Shown here: positions 1 to 12,661 of the stretch, one piece after another | How the letters are laid out: each line of letters starts with the position of its first letter | How positions within the stretch are numbered: position 1 is the stretch's first letter | Source of the DNA: Octopus sinensis | Taxonomy: Eukaryota | Reading direction: 5' to 3' | Length of the DNA: 64,000 bases | Assembly: GCF_006345805.1 (NCBI RefSeq) | Contig: NC_043006.1 | Coordinates: 66,464,001-66,528,000 of the forward strand | Notes under the pieces: generated by a model | Databases searched by the model: none | Told to the model about the DNA's origin: nothing | The model's input: the letters and a program-made list of their open reading frames with translations, nothing else | Program-made: the position numbers and the translations under genes

Positions 1-25
1 TTCAGGTCCCTGAATGTAGAACAGT

Positions 26-130
26 CTATTCAACATATTTCCCTCCTAGATTCACACACTTATTACAGCGGTCCTTCAGTTTTTCTAAGACCTGTGTAAG
101 ACCTCTGAAGGTTGGGCCTCCCACCAGGCT
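26..130 (-). pseudogene. Mariner-type transposase C-terminal remnant
   Basis: Minus-strand translation ends LEKLKDRCNKCVNLGGKYVE*, resembling the mariner C-terminal KL..RW.KCV...G.YVE motif. The element probably runs off the window start. Confidence 0.5.
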
Positions 131-1317
131 TTTCGTGATACCTTTAAACATAGGAACGTTCAGCATCCCTACGTAAGTGTGAGATTTATTTATGGTTTTT
201 GTATCAAAATTGTTTATAACAAGAGAGAAATAAAACCTCATTCGGGATATCGTTAAATGGTAATCTGCAGGATACGAGAAAGGGTGAAATAATTGTCATT
301 CTCGTGCCCACAGAACTGAAATACCATTTTTATGGAGACATTCGAATTATTACAAATGGTAGACAGATCTTTCTCAAATTATATTATAACGTCTTCAAAA
401 AATCATGTTACACAATGTGACTCAACAGTCACACTTGAATTAGGAAGACGGTCATTACTGGAAGGACTTTGATGAAATGTCTTCATCAAGTGGTGACTTC
501 AGGATGAACAACAACAACAACAACAACAACAGCAGCAGTAGCGGCAGCAGCAGCTGAACTTAACGTTAAAAAACACGTGGAAAATAGAAAGATGTTACTT
601 AGCCTTTCGAACCGCTAGAAATAACAGTTAAAATCCCTCGAAGCACATGCAAACGTCTTTATAAACCACGATACATTAGGGTGTTATAATCTCGAGTGCA
701 ACATTCTGGAACAAAAAAAAATGTCTGCGGGATGTTTATTTGGATAATTTTGGAAGCTATTTCAGCAATGACCATGCATTTTTTATACAATGGGTATCAA
801 CTTGTCTAATCCTCAACAGAAACATCATCATCATCATCACCACCACCACAACCAACAACAAGAACAGCAACAACCATAGCAACTGTCCGTAACCAGTTAA
901 TAATAAGTTGTTAGTTATTCAGTGAAAAAAAAGAAAAAGAAAGAAGCAGAGACTGGGAAATTTGATGTAGTTTCCTTTGGCAAAAAAATGAATCGGCGAA
1001 ATTGTTTTGTTCGAAACATAAATATTGCCGTTTTTTCCACCACATGCGGCCGACATATTGAGTTCTCGTGGTATTAGTTATTCTGGCAAAATTCACGGAA
1101 ATTTCGTTGAAAGAAATTCGAATTTCAGACAAACACGCAAGGTGCAATATTTTTGTGTCATTTTGCGTGACTAAATTTTTCGCAAAGCTTGCAATGAAAT
1201 GAAGGCCAAAGAAACTGCATTATTAGACACCATTATGTTGTGCTAAATTATATTAGAAGCCATTATACAATGTTAGAAATTACTATTAGCATCGACATCA
1301 TCAGAATTATTATTATT

Positions 1318-1430
1318 AGTCAGATTTTCATTGCGTGTTTTCACTGCAATACCGAGCACAGCTCTGTGTGCCTTGGGTATCAGCGATGCATTGTTTGTTA
1401 AGCTTTTATTTTCTGTTGTATAGAATGTCC

Positions 1431-1433
<3 letters not shown>
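1318..1433 (-). mobile_element. Very short 3' stub of a putative TAA-targeting non-LTR retrotransposon
   Basis: Non-repetitive island between (ATT)n tracts. Minus strand reads IMRDILYNRK* then a UTR ending at (AAT)n, like the ILRKILSL*/ILRRILES* ends of the neighbouring RLE elements. Confidence 0.4.
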
Positions 1434-1472
<39 letters not shown>

Positions 1473-1513
1473 TTATTATTATTATTATTATTATTATCAT
1501 CATCATCATCATA

Positions 1514-1655
1514 AGGGTGGAGAACTGACAGAATCAGTCATATGTCAGACAAAATGCTTAGCGGCATTTCGTCCGTCCTTACGTACGGAGCGCAAATTTT
1601 TCCGACATCGAGTGTGCCTATTATCGTTTCGGGATCGATAAATTAAATGCCAGAT
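1514..1655 (+). mobile_element. Degenerate SINE family B copy
   Basis: Diverged match to the in-window family-B copy at 15720 (ctgacagaa...aaatgcttagcggcatttcgtc...tttcgggatcgataaatt). Confidence 0.55.
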
Positions 1656-1674
1656 AATTTTTGTTACAAATATT

Positions 1675-1717
1675 ATTGTTACTATTAATATTATCATCAT
1701 TATCACCACCATCAACA

Positions 1718-1755
<38 letters not shown>

Positions 1756-1775
1756 CATCATCATCATCATCATAA

Positions 1776-1834
<59 letters not shown>

Positions 1835-2101
1835 GTTACCATTATTATTATTACTATTATTGTTATTGTTACTATTATTCTTACTATTATCATCCTCATC
1901 ATCCTCATCATTATTATCATTATCATTATTATTATCATTATCATTATCATTATTATTATCATCATCATCATCATCGTCATCATGATTATTATTATAATTA
2001 TTATTATTATTGTTATGATTATTATTATTATTTTTATGATGATGATGATGATGATGATGATGATCATCATCATCATCGTCATTATTATTATTATCATCAT
2101 T
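1675..2101. repeat. Compound (ATC)n/(ATT)n/(ATG)n microsatellite
   Basis: Directly visible trinucleotide tract; source of the poly-His/Ile/Met ORFs. Confidence 0.95.
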
Positions 2102-3352
2102 CTATGTTTGACTTTTGCTTTACATTTGCACAAGCTGGCTCCAAGTCTCACCCAGAGACCTCAAGAGACAACAAGTTGGAAGTTCATGCTGGTGTTATGC
2201 CTAGGGTGCCATATATTTGGTTTTGTACTTAGTGTTGTACTAGTGAATGCCTAAAAAACCGTACGAAAATTATGTTTGTTTTAAAACTTGAGATTACAAA
2301 GAAAGTATTTTGCGTAGGATATGAGCAGTTACCATGAGCACTATCTTTTGAATTTTTGCCATTTTTGGGTTTCCTGATATCTGAATCAGGTAGCAATCAA
2401 TCCCTTTTGCTATTATTCCCAGGGCACCTATGACAACAGGTATTGTTTTAGTCTTCAGGTTCCACATTTTGCTGATTTCTATTTCCAGATCTTTATATTT
2501 GCTCAGTTTCTGGTAGGTCTTGACAGATACGTTTATATCGATTGGGACAGTCATATCAATGAGGAGGCATGATTTTTGTCTGAAGTCGTTTACTATGATG
2601 TCTGGCCTATTCACGTCTATCTTTCTGTCAGTTTGAATGGTGAAGTTCCAGAGGAGTGAGATGTGGTCATTTTCAAGCACTGGAGGTAGTTTGTGTTCCC
2701 ACCAGTTTTTATCATGGGGCAAGTCCAGGCTTCTGCAAATTACCCAGTGAATATGTGCAGCTCTAACATGCCTGTTGAGATACTCTGTAGGCGCAAGAAG
2801 ACTGCACTTGGAGACAACATGATCAATGGTTTCATTTTGTTGTTGACATACATGACATGTTGGGCTACTGCCGTTCTTTAGTATGTTGGCCTGGTAGTTC
2901 CTTGTAAGTAGGCATTGATCTTGAGCTGCTATGATAAACCCTTCTGTTTCAGATTTGAAGCCAGAGGCCATTAGCCATTGATAGGTCAGGGCTTTGTCAA
3001 CATCTGCATTATTCACTCTCTTTGGGTATTTGCCATTGAGAAATTTTTCTTGCCAGTTATCATTCAGAATATCTAAGGCAGCAGTTTTAGCACGGCTTTT
3101 CATGCGCTTAGCTTTTTCTGTGCTTGTTTCTTGTGTGTTTAAGTCCGGAATTTGTTGTATTTGGAATTCACTTAGATATTCCTTTGCCTGTTTTGTTACT
3201 GAGTATGATGCTTTCTTGTTTTCATGTTTTGAGACAAGTTTTAACATCCAGTCCTCAGAGTTTTTCAGGTAGGTGTCTAGGCCAATTGTAGCAACCTTCA
3301 TTGTTATTGCCAGTTGTAAAAGCCCACGGCCTCCCTCTTTTCTTGGTAGATA
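2102..3352 (-). mobile_element. 5'-truncated R4/Dong-clade non-LTR retrotransposon (RT thumb, CCHC knuckle, restriction-like endonuclease) with 3' UTR, inserted in (TAA)n
   Basis: 352 uninterrupted codons at 3352-2294. Motifs: YLPRKEGGRGL; C-x2-C-x8-H-x4-C (CHVCQQQNETIDHVVSKC); RPDIIV...LIDMTVP...KLSKY RLE. 3' UTR 2293-2102. Both ends abut ATT/ATC tracts. The MEANL...poly-N start of the listed ORF is flanking DNA, not part of the element. Confidence 0.92.
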
Positions 3353-3433
<81 letters not shown>

Positions 3434-3556
3434 GCTTTTTTTTTCTTCTTTCAAATTTGCTTCCATTTCTTGCCGAGTGTCTTCCCGACTCCTAGGGCAA
3501 AGAAACTCATAGTATACATTGGTAGGCCATTAAACCAAACTCAATAGTTCGTTCAC
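3434..3556 (-). mobile_element. Short 3'-UTR-like stub between (ATT)n tracts, probably another TAA-targeting element
   Basis: Unique island flanked by ATT repeats; minus strand ends ...gaagaaaaaaaaagc-(AAT)n. No coding evidence. Confidence 0.35.
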
Positions 3557-3597
3557 TTTTTTAATTTAATTTTTTTTTTAATTTTAAATTAAAAAAA

Positions 3598-3676
<79 letters not shown>

Positions 3677-3687
3677 CATTATTATTT

Positions 3688-4196
3688 TGTGAAAACTCAC
3701 AGCTTATTCTGCCGGGTGTGATGGAAAGCGTCAGCTCTCCACAGCCAGCAGACTAAGGTGACGCTTGTTTTGTGTTCATGATTCAAGGATCCTGCGAAGA
3801 ATTCTTGCAGTTCCAGCTAATGCTAATTTTATAGGTGTTCTAACTTCACACTTGAACCGATCTTTTTCAGCCATGTTGGTAGTTGAGTGTTGATACTTCC
3901 AAGTGCACCAGTTAGTATTGGTATCATGTCTAGTCTCAATCGCATTGATCCTGTTCTCTGGGCATGCTATGTCGATTATCATGCATGTTCTTTCTATTTT
4001 ATTCACCACAACAATTTCCAGTTTCCGAAGTCTGGTCAGGTGATCGCACTGGATTATTGCATCCCAAGGATTTTGCAGTTCTCATTCACGGTGACCCCTT
4101 CTGGGGTTTGCTCATACCACGTCTTTGCTCTTTGTAGAACGTGATTTCCACAGAACCCCCAGTGGATCATTCTTTCCACAATGTCATAGCGACTTT
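3688..4196 (-). pseudogene. Degenerate R4/Dong-clade RLE domain plus 3' UTR (second family)
   Basis: Frameshifted minus-strand translation: RYDIVERMIHW..KTWYEQTPEGVTVNENCKI(LW)...EIVVVNKIERTCMIIDIACP...LAGTARILRRILES*. Flanked by (ATT)n. Confidence 0.85.
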
Positions 4197-4221
4197 ATTA
4201 TTATTATTATTATTATTATTA

Positions 4222-4252
<31 letters not shown>

Positions 4253-4766
4253 GAGTAAGAGAGCAGTGCATGCCACCAAAGTGACACTAGGGTAAAATAA
4301 GCGAAGCCCAGTATACCCATCATAACTACCCGTCTGATAAGGGTACACTAGGCACATGCATCACAGACCTATGTGTGTGACATGGTGATCTCATATCAAG
4401 ATAAACAGCGCATGACCTTGCAGGGGGGGCCAGTTAGTATTTTCTTCTGGTCGAGTAACCCATCCTACTCAAAAGGTCCTTGAATAAGGGTTGTGTAAGG
4501 ATGTTGAACGAAACATCCATGTTTCCAGAGGTGAATTAATCAAATCCCAAAGAATTCATTTCAACACAAGGCTATGATGCTCCCCCACTACTTCTGCTCG
4601 TGATCAGAGATGCACATATCATCAGCCACTAAGGAACATGCTCAACTGGTTAAGGTCAAACAACTGACAAGCAAATCTGTGGTACTGAGCAGACTATTTG
4701 CCGTAGCCCATCTTTTATACCAAGACAAAACAATGTACATGATAACACTTCCAATTCGTTAAGACC
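4253..4766 (-). mobile_element. About 550-bp non-coding element ending in (AAT)n (copy 1, slightly 5'-truncated)
   Basis: Reverse complement of 46554-47107 with high similarity; same 3' junction (...gcactgctct-ct-actc-aataat). Confidence 0.85.
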
Positions 4767-4814
4767 AGTTATTATTATTATCATCATCATCATCATCATC
4801 ATCATCATTATTAT

Positions 4815-4990
4815 AAGGACGGCGCTGTGGCAGAAACACTATTATGATGGACAACATGCTCTTCCAGTATCTCTTTTGACCTTTTACGTTGTGAGCTGAA
4901 ATTCCGTTGAAGTCGCCCTTGCATTTCATCATTTCGGGTCGATAAAATAAGTACCAGTTGTGCACTGGTGTTGATGTGACAGACTCCCCA
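4815..4990 (+). mobile_element. Degenerate SINE family B copy
   Basis: ggcagaaac...catttcatcatttcgggtcgataaaataagtaccagttgtgcactgg matches the family-B body. Confidence 0.6.
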
Positions 4991-5876
4991 ACCCGATATT
5001 TCAGGTCATGTGTCCAAAGCAGAAAGAGTTAGCACTATCTTCTACGTCTTTGTTGTTTTGCGGTATACGAGCCATTCAAACTCTCATCCGGCGTCCTCAA
5101 GTAAAAGCAGGCGGGTCGTTTTACTGTGCGTGTTATCTTTTACTAGTCAGTATACGTTGCTAACACTGCTGGATAAAAATATTTCTAAATCATGCACATA
5201 CCTTCATAAATTGTGCAAATAATGATTAGATTGACTTTATTGGTGAACGTTAGCAACAGAAGAGAAGATAAGAAAATAAGGTATATTGTAGGGAAAAAGG
5301 CCAAGTAAGATTGTGTTAAATTTGTAATATTTCAGTCTGGAAAGAGTTTTAAGAGAATCGAATATTATCTGGTTGACGATGTTTTCTTAGGATGTGAGCA
5401 GTAAACAATAAACTAGACACATCTTAACTATGGCATATAGATAAAGAGTTTAATCTAGAATGGCAGCTATTGCATAATTAGAATTTTATTCAGCCTGAAG
5501 CCATCATTGCAAATTATGTATTATTTATATACTGTCCCTATATACTTCAGACTGGGCGATCCGATGTCATTTCGTAAGAGCAATATGTACGTTATATATT
5601 GACAAGCTGGAAAATCGGTGAAATGTGCATATGTCGCTCTCACTGTCACATCCGGAGCAATTTCATTTCACCTGGCTCTTAAGTATATTTTTTAATAACA
5701 CAATATGTTTATAAAGATAATGTTTTCCCGCGGATGAAAATCTGCAGCTACTGTCCTTTCAATTCTGCACAGATGTGAAGTATGCTATATAGATAAAGAT
5801 TTGGTCTACAACTGATCGTAATGCAAAATTCGAACACAAGCACACTCACATGCACACCCACACACATACTCACACG

Positions 5877-5974
<98 letters not shown>

Positions 5975-6040
5975 TGTATACATACGCACATACATATATA
6001 TGTAGATTTCTGTATTTGTTTTGTCTGTATTGTGCGAAAA

Positions 6041-6124
6041 CATCCTGATGAGGGGAGTGTCAGTTTAAAAAAAATATAAAATATATCATATTAATTGGCA
6101 CGTCTCTGAAACGGCCTGTAGATG
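6041..6124 (+). ncRNA. Type-I hammerhead ribozyme motif (Penelope-like pseudo-LTR type)
   Basis: Stem I CATC(6041-44)/GATG(6121-24); core CTGATGA (6045-51); 14-bp stem II (6052-65/6093-6107, four G.U pairs, one bulge); GAAA (6108-11); stem III AC/GT with GGCCT loop; cleavage triplet GTA (6118-20). Confidence 0.75.
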
Positions 6125-6540
6125 GAATTTTTAAATTTTGTAATATTTTCGTGGTATTTCAGTACGTCCTTTTAACTTTGTATCATCGCAAATCTTTATT
6201 ACACCAAAGTACTGTAACTTTTAAATCTAAATTTCACTGTGTTTTATGTATCACATCGATATTTATCTATTTATATGTATTTTTATATTTATATATTTGG
6301 AATTTTTATATCCGTTTTACAAATGTAGAAGAATATATGTATATATTTGATTTTGAGTGTGGTTATTAATTATATTCTTCTAGTATCCACTTGCATTGCC
6401 TCCATTGAGATTATTAAGCGGAATATAGCTCACTTGGAGCACTACAACTCGAGTGTGTATTTTATTTGCGGGTATTGTTAACACTAGTAATCTCAAAATA
6501 AAGCAGTGTATTTTACATAGTTCCGAGTTCGATTCCAGGC

Positions 6541-6592
<52 letters not shown>

Positions 6593-6615
6593 AGATATAT
6601 GATATATATTATATA

Positions 6616-6800
6616 TGCCTGGAATCGAACTCGGAACCTTGGGGTTAGTAACCCGCGCTCTTAAACCCTGCGGACATATGATGAAGGCTGGAGAGTATAT
6701 CAGCCGATGAAGGCTGGAGGGTATATCAGCCGAAACGTTGTGTTAACTACAAGCAAGATGAGGACAAATATCCGTCAAGTGTAAATAATGTAAATAATGA
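6616..6800. mobile_element. tRNA-like SINE head (minus, 6616-6680) joined divergently to a hammerhead-containing tail (plus, 6679-6800)
   Basis: Minus strand: ttaagagcgcgggttactaaccccaaggttccgagttcgattccagg (B-box GTTCGATTCC). Plus strand: tgatgaaggctg...cagccgaaacgttgtgtt...gatgaggacaaatatccgtc, with stem II duplicated. Same family as 31622-32120. Confidence 0.7.
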
Positions 6801-7115
6801 ACAAAAAAATTATTAGTTAATCCCATACTCGAGTTTCCCTATTAATGAGCAAATAATTTAATTTTTAATCTGTAAATCTATTACACATCCGAAACACTTG
6901 TAACAAATTATTCTAATTTTTTACCGCCACAAATTACACAGTAAAATGTTTCTAATTCTGATCCAGCATAGCCCCTGTAAAATAACTGAAGCAAGTAAAA
7001 GAGTAGAAAGCTCATTGTTTACATGGCATTATCTATAGCTTTATGTACGCTTCGAGTTATTCCCTGAAAGAATTATTTCATGTTCTATCGAAAGTTTATA
7101 ATCTACTCATGATGT

Positions 7116-7185
<70 letters not shown>

Positions 7186-7367
7186 TTGAAAAACGTAAAA
7201 TATAGGCGTTTCTGATCATTTTTTCACTTTCCATTTTAATAATTAGATGTTTATAAATTATTAGGTGTTTACAAATCGTGACTATGTTGTGAGCTCCTCG
7301 CTTAAAAGCGGTTTTCAAACTGATATTTTAGAGTTTGTAAACCAGCGATTAGGTAGAGTGTATGACA

Positions 7368-7411
<44 letters not shown>

Positions 7412-7743
7412 AACACACACACAAATGTGAACACAGCTGTAGTCTCAAACACAAATATATGCAGATACACAAACGCTCATTAGCGTGTATCCACGCACAT
7501 ATATTCATGCATACGTACACATACACACACACACACACACACAACACACACACACACACACACACGTGTATGTCTGTGTGTATGACAAAAGCAGAAAGGA
7601 AAACTTAGTACATCAATAATTAAAAATTATAACTTTAGGCTGGTTAGTTTCAATCCAACGTGGTGCCATAAATTCTATTCAGTACAAACACACACCCCGA
7701 TATGTCCACATACCGATATAGTCACACATATACACATGTACGT

Positions 7744-7954
7744 ACTCTTTTACTCTTTTACTTGTTTCAGTCATTTGACTGTGGCCATGCTGGAGCACCG
7801 CCTTTAGCCGAGCAATTCAACCCCAGTACTTATTCTTTGTAAGACTATTGCTTATTCTATCGGTCTCTTTTGCCGAACTGCTAATTTACGGTGAAGTAAA
7901 CACACCAACATCGGCTGTCAAGCGATGTTGGGGTGGACAAACACAGACACACAA

Positions 7955-7993
<39 letters not shown>

Positions 7994-8155
7994 TATATAC
8001 ATACGACGGGCTTCTTTCAGTTTCCGTCTATCAAATCCACTCACAAAGATTTGGTGACCCGCGGCTATAGCAGAAAACATTTGCCCAATGTGCCAAGCAG
8101 TGGGACTGAACTGTAGTTGGTAAGCAAGCTACTTACCACACAGTCACTCAGCGCC
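7744..8155 (-). mobile_element. tRNA-derived SINE family A, full length
   Basis: A/B-box-like head, central (TG)n, tail ggcggtgctccagcatggccacagtcaaatgactgaaacaagtaaaagagt. At least 8 near-full copies in the window. Confidence 0.9.
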
Positions 8156-8962
8156 TATATATATATGTATATATATATATTATATATATATTATTATATA
8201 TAATATATATATATATATATACATTAGGAGGGAAATATATATTCGTACATGTCAAAATTCTTTGTTTATTTAATTTCTAATGAACATAAATGGGATATAC
8301 CAATACTATATTTGCATACAGATGCATAAACTAAGAATATGCAAAAGAAACTAATAAATTATAGTAACTAAAGAATTTATATGCAATCATCATGCACCAA
8401 CCCCATATATATATATATATATATATTATATAGAGGGTACTATATATATATATATATTATATTGAGGGTACTATTATTCATAGGTACCGCACGCTAGGAG
8501 GGACTTTTTCAGTCAAAACTACTAAAATAAACAAATTGTACCGAATGCAAAACTTCAAAGCGAGTCATTTAGATACAGAATTTAGTTACATATCACCTGT
8601 GATTTCGCAATCAATGCAGAATATGCATTCTATGCTCTTCAGTGCAACGAACTCAAGACATGTAGAAAAAAACAACATCACATACATACCCGACAACCAA
8701 CCGTAGAATTAGCCGCAGCATGTACGAATGTTTATCTTTACATATCTATGAAAATGGCGGGCTTTTTCGCAATGCATTTCGGTAACAACTTGCCACTCGG
8801 AACAAAAATTCAGTATTGAACTATTCCGGTGAAAAATATAAATTTAAAAATAAAATATATATATATATATATATTAGATATATATAGATTATATATATAT
8901 ATATATATTATATATATACGTATATGTAATTATTATATATATATATATATATATAAGATATA

Positions 8963-9007
<45 letters not shown>

Positions 9008-9179
9008 TATGTATATATACACATGCATGTGGACAGGGAGGGATGGAGAGAGAAACTTTGAGATTAGAATAATTAGTAACTATATCTGGAAACACAATAT
9101 CCGTGAAACACTATATCCGTATCTTACTCCCTTTTTTTTTGAGGAGAAATTTATTCCAATCCAAATGAAATCTGATATG

Positions 9180-9279
9180 NNNNNNNNNNNNNNNNNNNNN
9201 NNNNNNNNNNNNNNNNNNNNNNNNNNNNNNNNNNNNNNNNNNNNNNNNNNNNNNNNNNNNNNNNNNNNNNNNNNNNNNN
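9180..9279. other. Assembly gap (100 N)
   Basis: Run of exactly 100 N. Confidence 1.
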
Positions 9280-9690
9280 AAATAAAAGACGAAGACAGGT
9301 GAAGAAACAATAAGCAAGTGTATTAGTTTAACGCTTGGGAAGAATGGAAAAGTCTTTGACGGTTCGTGCCTATGCTCTTTGACAGAATGGGTTGAGAGAG
9401 AAAAAACAGAGACAGAAAATAATGTGTAAAGATTAATGGTTCAACATGATGTTAATATACATACACGCACACAGCACGTACACGCGCATACACACTCATA
9501 TATTAGCATCTATATGCATATATTTATATGTATGAAGAGACATACATGCATATACGGTTATATGAAGATATGTATGCATTCTACGCACGTATACATTGAG
9601 GGATGCATAGACAAATGGATACTTGTTAGCGTATACATAAATATGGAAGAATCTATCCAGCCTCGCCCTCATCCCCCCACATTCTACCTT

Positions 9691-9732
<42 letters not shown>

Positions 9733-9748
9733 AACAACAACAACAACA

Positions 9749-9779
<31 letters not shown>

Positions 9780-10076
9780 TCTATTAGCCTCTTTCTCTAC
9801 CCCTCACTCTTGAACTATACTTTCTCCTCTCACTATTCTCCATCTGACTACCTCCCCAATTCCCACCACCACATCTCTAACGCACTTAGCTCTCCACATT
9901 CGATAATTCCATGTTTGAACTTCTTTCATTTAACACCTCAAATTTAAGATGTCTTCCCTCAAATCACTCTGCAAACATAATCATGGACACCGAGCCCCTA
10001 GAAACAGATCTTCGATTTGTAATACTGTCTTTAATCCCCATTAATTCTCTATATCATTTCTATTCTGTGTAAGCTG

Positions 10077-10134
<58 letters not shown>

Positions 10135-11065
10135 AAAAATACAAACTGGGACAAAAACGCACGCAACATTTAGGAGACGATACAAAAAACACGGATGGGA
10201 CATTCGAAGCCTTCAATCTTCAGTCAAGAACCGGATCATCCTCGCAATTTCGGCTGATTAATCTTGAGATTGCTCCAATCTGGCCAGCCCCAAGGAAAAA
10301 CTAAGCTAAGCGCATTAGATTCCTTGGAAGAAAGCTTCGAATGTATACAAAAGAAGGACGGAAAAACAGACGATGTTACACGAATATGAATACCAAAAAT
10401 GATACGTAAAAACAATAATAATAATACTTAGAAACATATATATATATATATAATTTTCTGTGTTTCATGTCTTTAATATACTTTATATATTGATCTGTCT
10501 GAAATGATTTCTCTACATTTTCTTCTAAATATGTAAGTATGAATGCGACTCTGCGTGTTTATACAGACATTCAGAGTTACATATATACACCTACACATGG
10601 ATTCTTGTGTGATTATTGCTCTACGGACGTGAGATGGGCTACCTCAAGCAAGGACAGAGAAACCTATACGCACCGAGAAGCTCCCTGTCGCTCTCTCTCT
10701 CTCACACACATATGTGTATAATATATATGTTCATGTATTCATATTTACAAATAGATGTATATACGCAGACACATACTACTACAAGCGCGTACACATACAG
10801 TCACATAAACATACAAACAGACACAGACATACATAAGTCTTATTCATATAAAAATGAAAGAAAGAAAAGAACAAGAAATATGTCAATTCCTTTAAGACGC
10901 CTAGTAACTTGTTAAATATCTATGAAATAAATTTATGTATGTCTGCATGCATTTATGTGCATTTATGTAGCAGACACGCTTGTATGTACGTAGGAATATA
11001 TTGTTAAATACAATTATATGTATGTAATGTTGTGTGTATGTATAAGTATTATATATATATATATA

Positions 11066-11155
<90 letters not shown>

Positions 11156-11401
11156 ATATGAATACATATATATAGGTATGTATATATATACTGGTTGCTA
11201 GATATGTATATAGATATATAGATATATATGTACACACTACATACGAACATATAGATACATATATATACAAATACAAAAATTATATATATAAATTTAGATG
11301 TATACATGGGCATATTTATGTATATGTATATATATATATATGCATATACGTATGAATAGACATATACATTAAAAGTGTATTATATCACACACACACACCA
11401 G

Positions 11402-11477
<76 letters not shown>

Positions 11478-12362
11478 TGTATGTATTTATGTATATATGC
11501 ATATATATATGCAGACAGGTAACTCGCAAAAACTTCATGGAAATTTACTTCAATTTCCCTCAATATATACATGCATACATAGATACATACATACATACAT
11601 GCATACATAACACACACACACACACACACATATATATACTAATCATTATATATGTATATACATGCGTATGAGTGTGTACACACACATGCCGATATATATA
11701 TATATATATTAATATATATATATATAATTCAAATATATATATATGTTGTATATATGTATATTTATATATATGATGTATGTGTATATATATATACATATAT
11801 ATATATATATGTGTATATTATATACACATATATATCTATATATGTATATATATATAGCTATATAAATATGTAGTTATGTATATGCAATGTGTGTGTGTGT
11901 GTGGGTGTGTGTGTGTGTGGTGTGGAGTGTGTGTGTATGAACATACGTGATAATTTTTAAATAATAATTAAAGATCTAAACAATAATACCTAATTAGTTT
12001 TACTGTTCTGAGAAGTGAAAAATTTATTCCATTAATCAAGCGTCAGGCGAAAACAGTAAAAGAAGCGTGAAGCAGCGACTCAATTCCGCTCCATTGTTCA
12101 CGCATGCGTTATTGCTATGTCACCGTGACCGCACTTCCTGTCTCCAGGGACGGAAACACAAACATTTGAGGTTGTTGTGAATTATGGAAATTAACTGATT
12201 AACATTATTTTTTTTCTTTTATATTTTACGCTATTCTTAATGAACGTCACGTGTTTCCAGTCTGGCAGACATGTTGCCATAGTCTCTGTTGCTTACGACA
12301 AATGGTGTAGCGCACAAACATTCACGCATACACGCACGCATACATGTATGTATATATGGATA

Positions 12363-12400
<38 letters not shown>

Positions 12401-12551
12401 TGTGGTGTGTGTGTGCGTGTGTGTGTGTGTATACATATATATATATTATATATATATACATACTGTGTATAAATATATATTAATATACATACATACTCAT
12501 ATATACACATACACACTACATGTATATACATATACATATATAAATAAATAC

Positions 12552-12661
<110 letters not shown>

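Noticed and set aside
1661-2254. 197-aa His/Ile/Met-rich ORF and overlapping ORFs
   Set aside because: Translations of (ATC/ATT/ATG)n microsatellite; no domain.
3353-3466. MEANLKEEKKS-poly-Asn N-terminus of the 390-aa ORF
   Set aside because: Chance in-frame fusion of flanking DNA and the (AAT)n target with the 5'-truncated retrotransposon.
6616-6680. tRNA gene candidate (also the heads at 22247, 28060-28130, 31900-31975, 41840)
   Set aside because: A/B boxes are present but no complete cloverleaf or acceptor stem, and each continues into a SINE body.
8829-9317. ORFs spanning X residues
   Set aside because: They run through the 100-N gap and TA repeats.
10140-10400. Possible Penelope-like tail (minus-strand ctgaaga...cgaa)
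   Set aside because: No complete hammerhead core or stem II could be built and no second copy occurs in the window; left unassigned.
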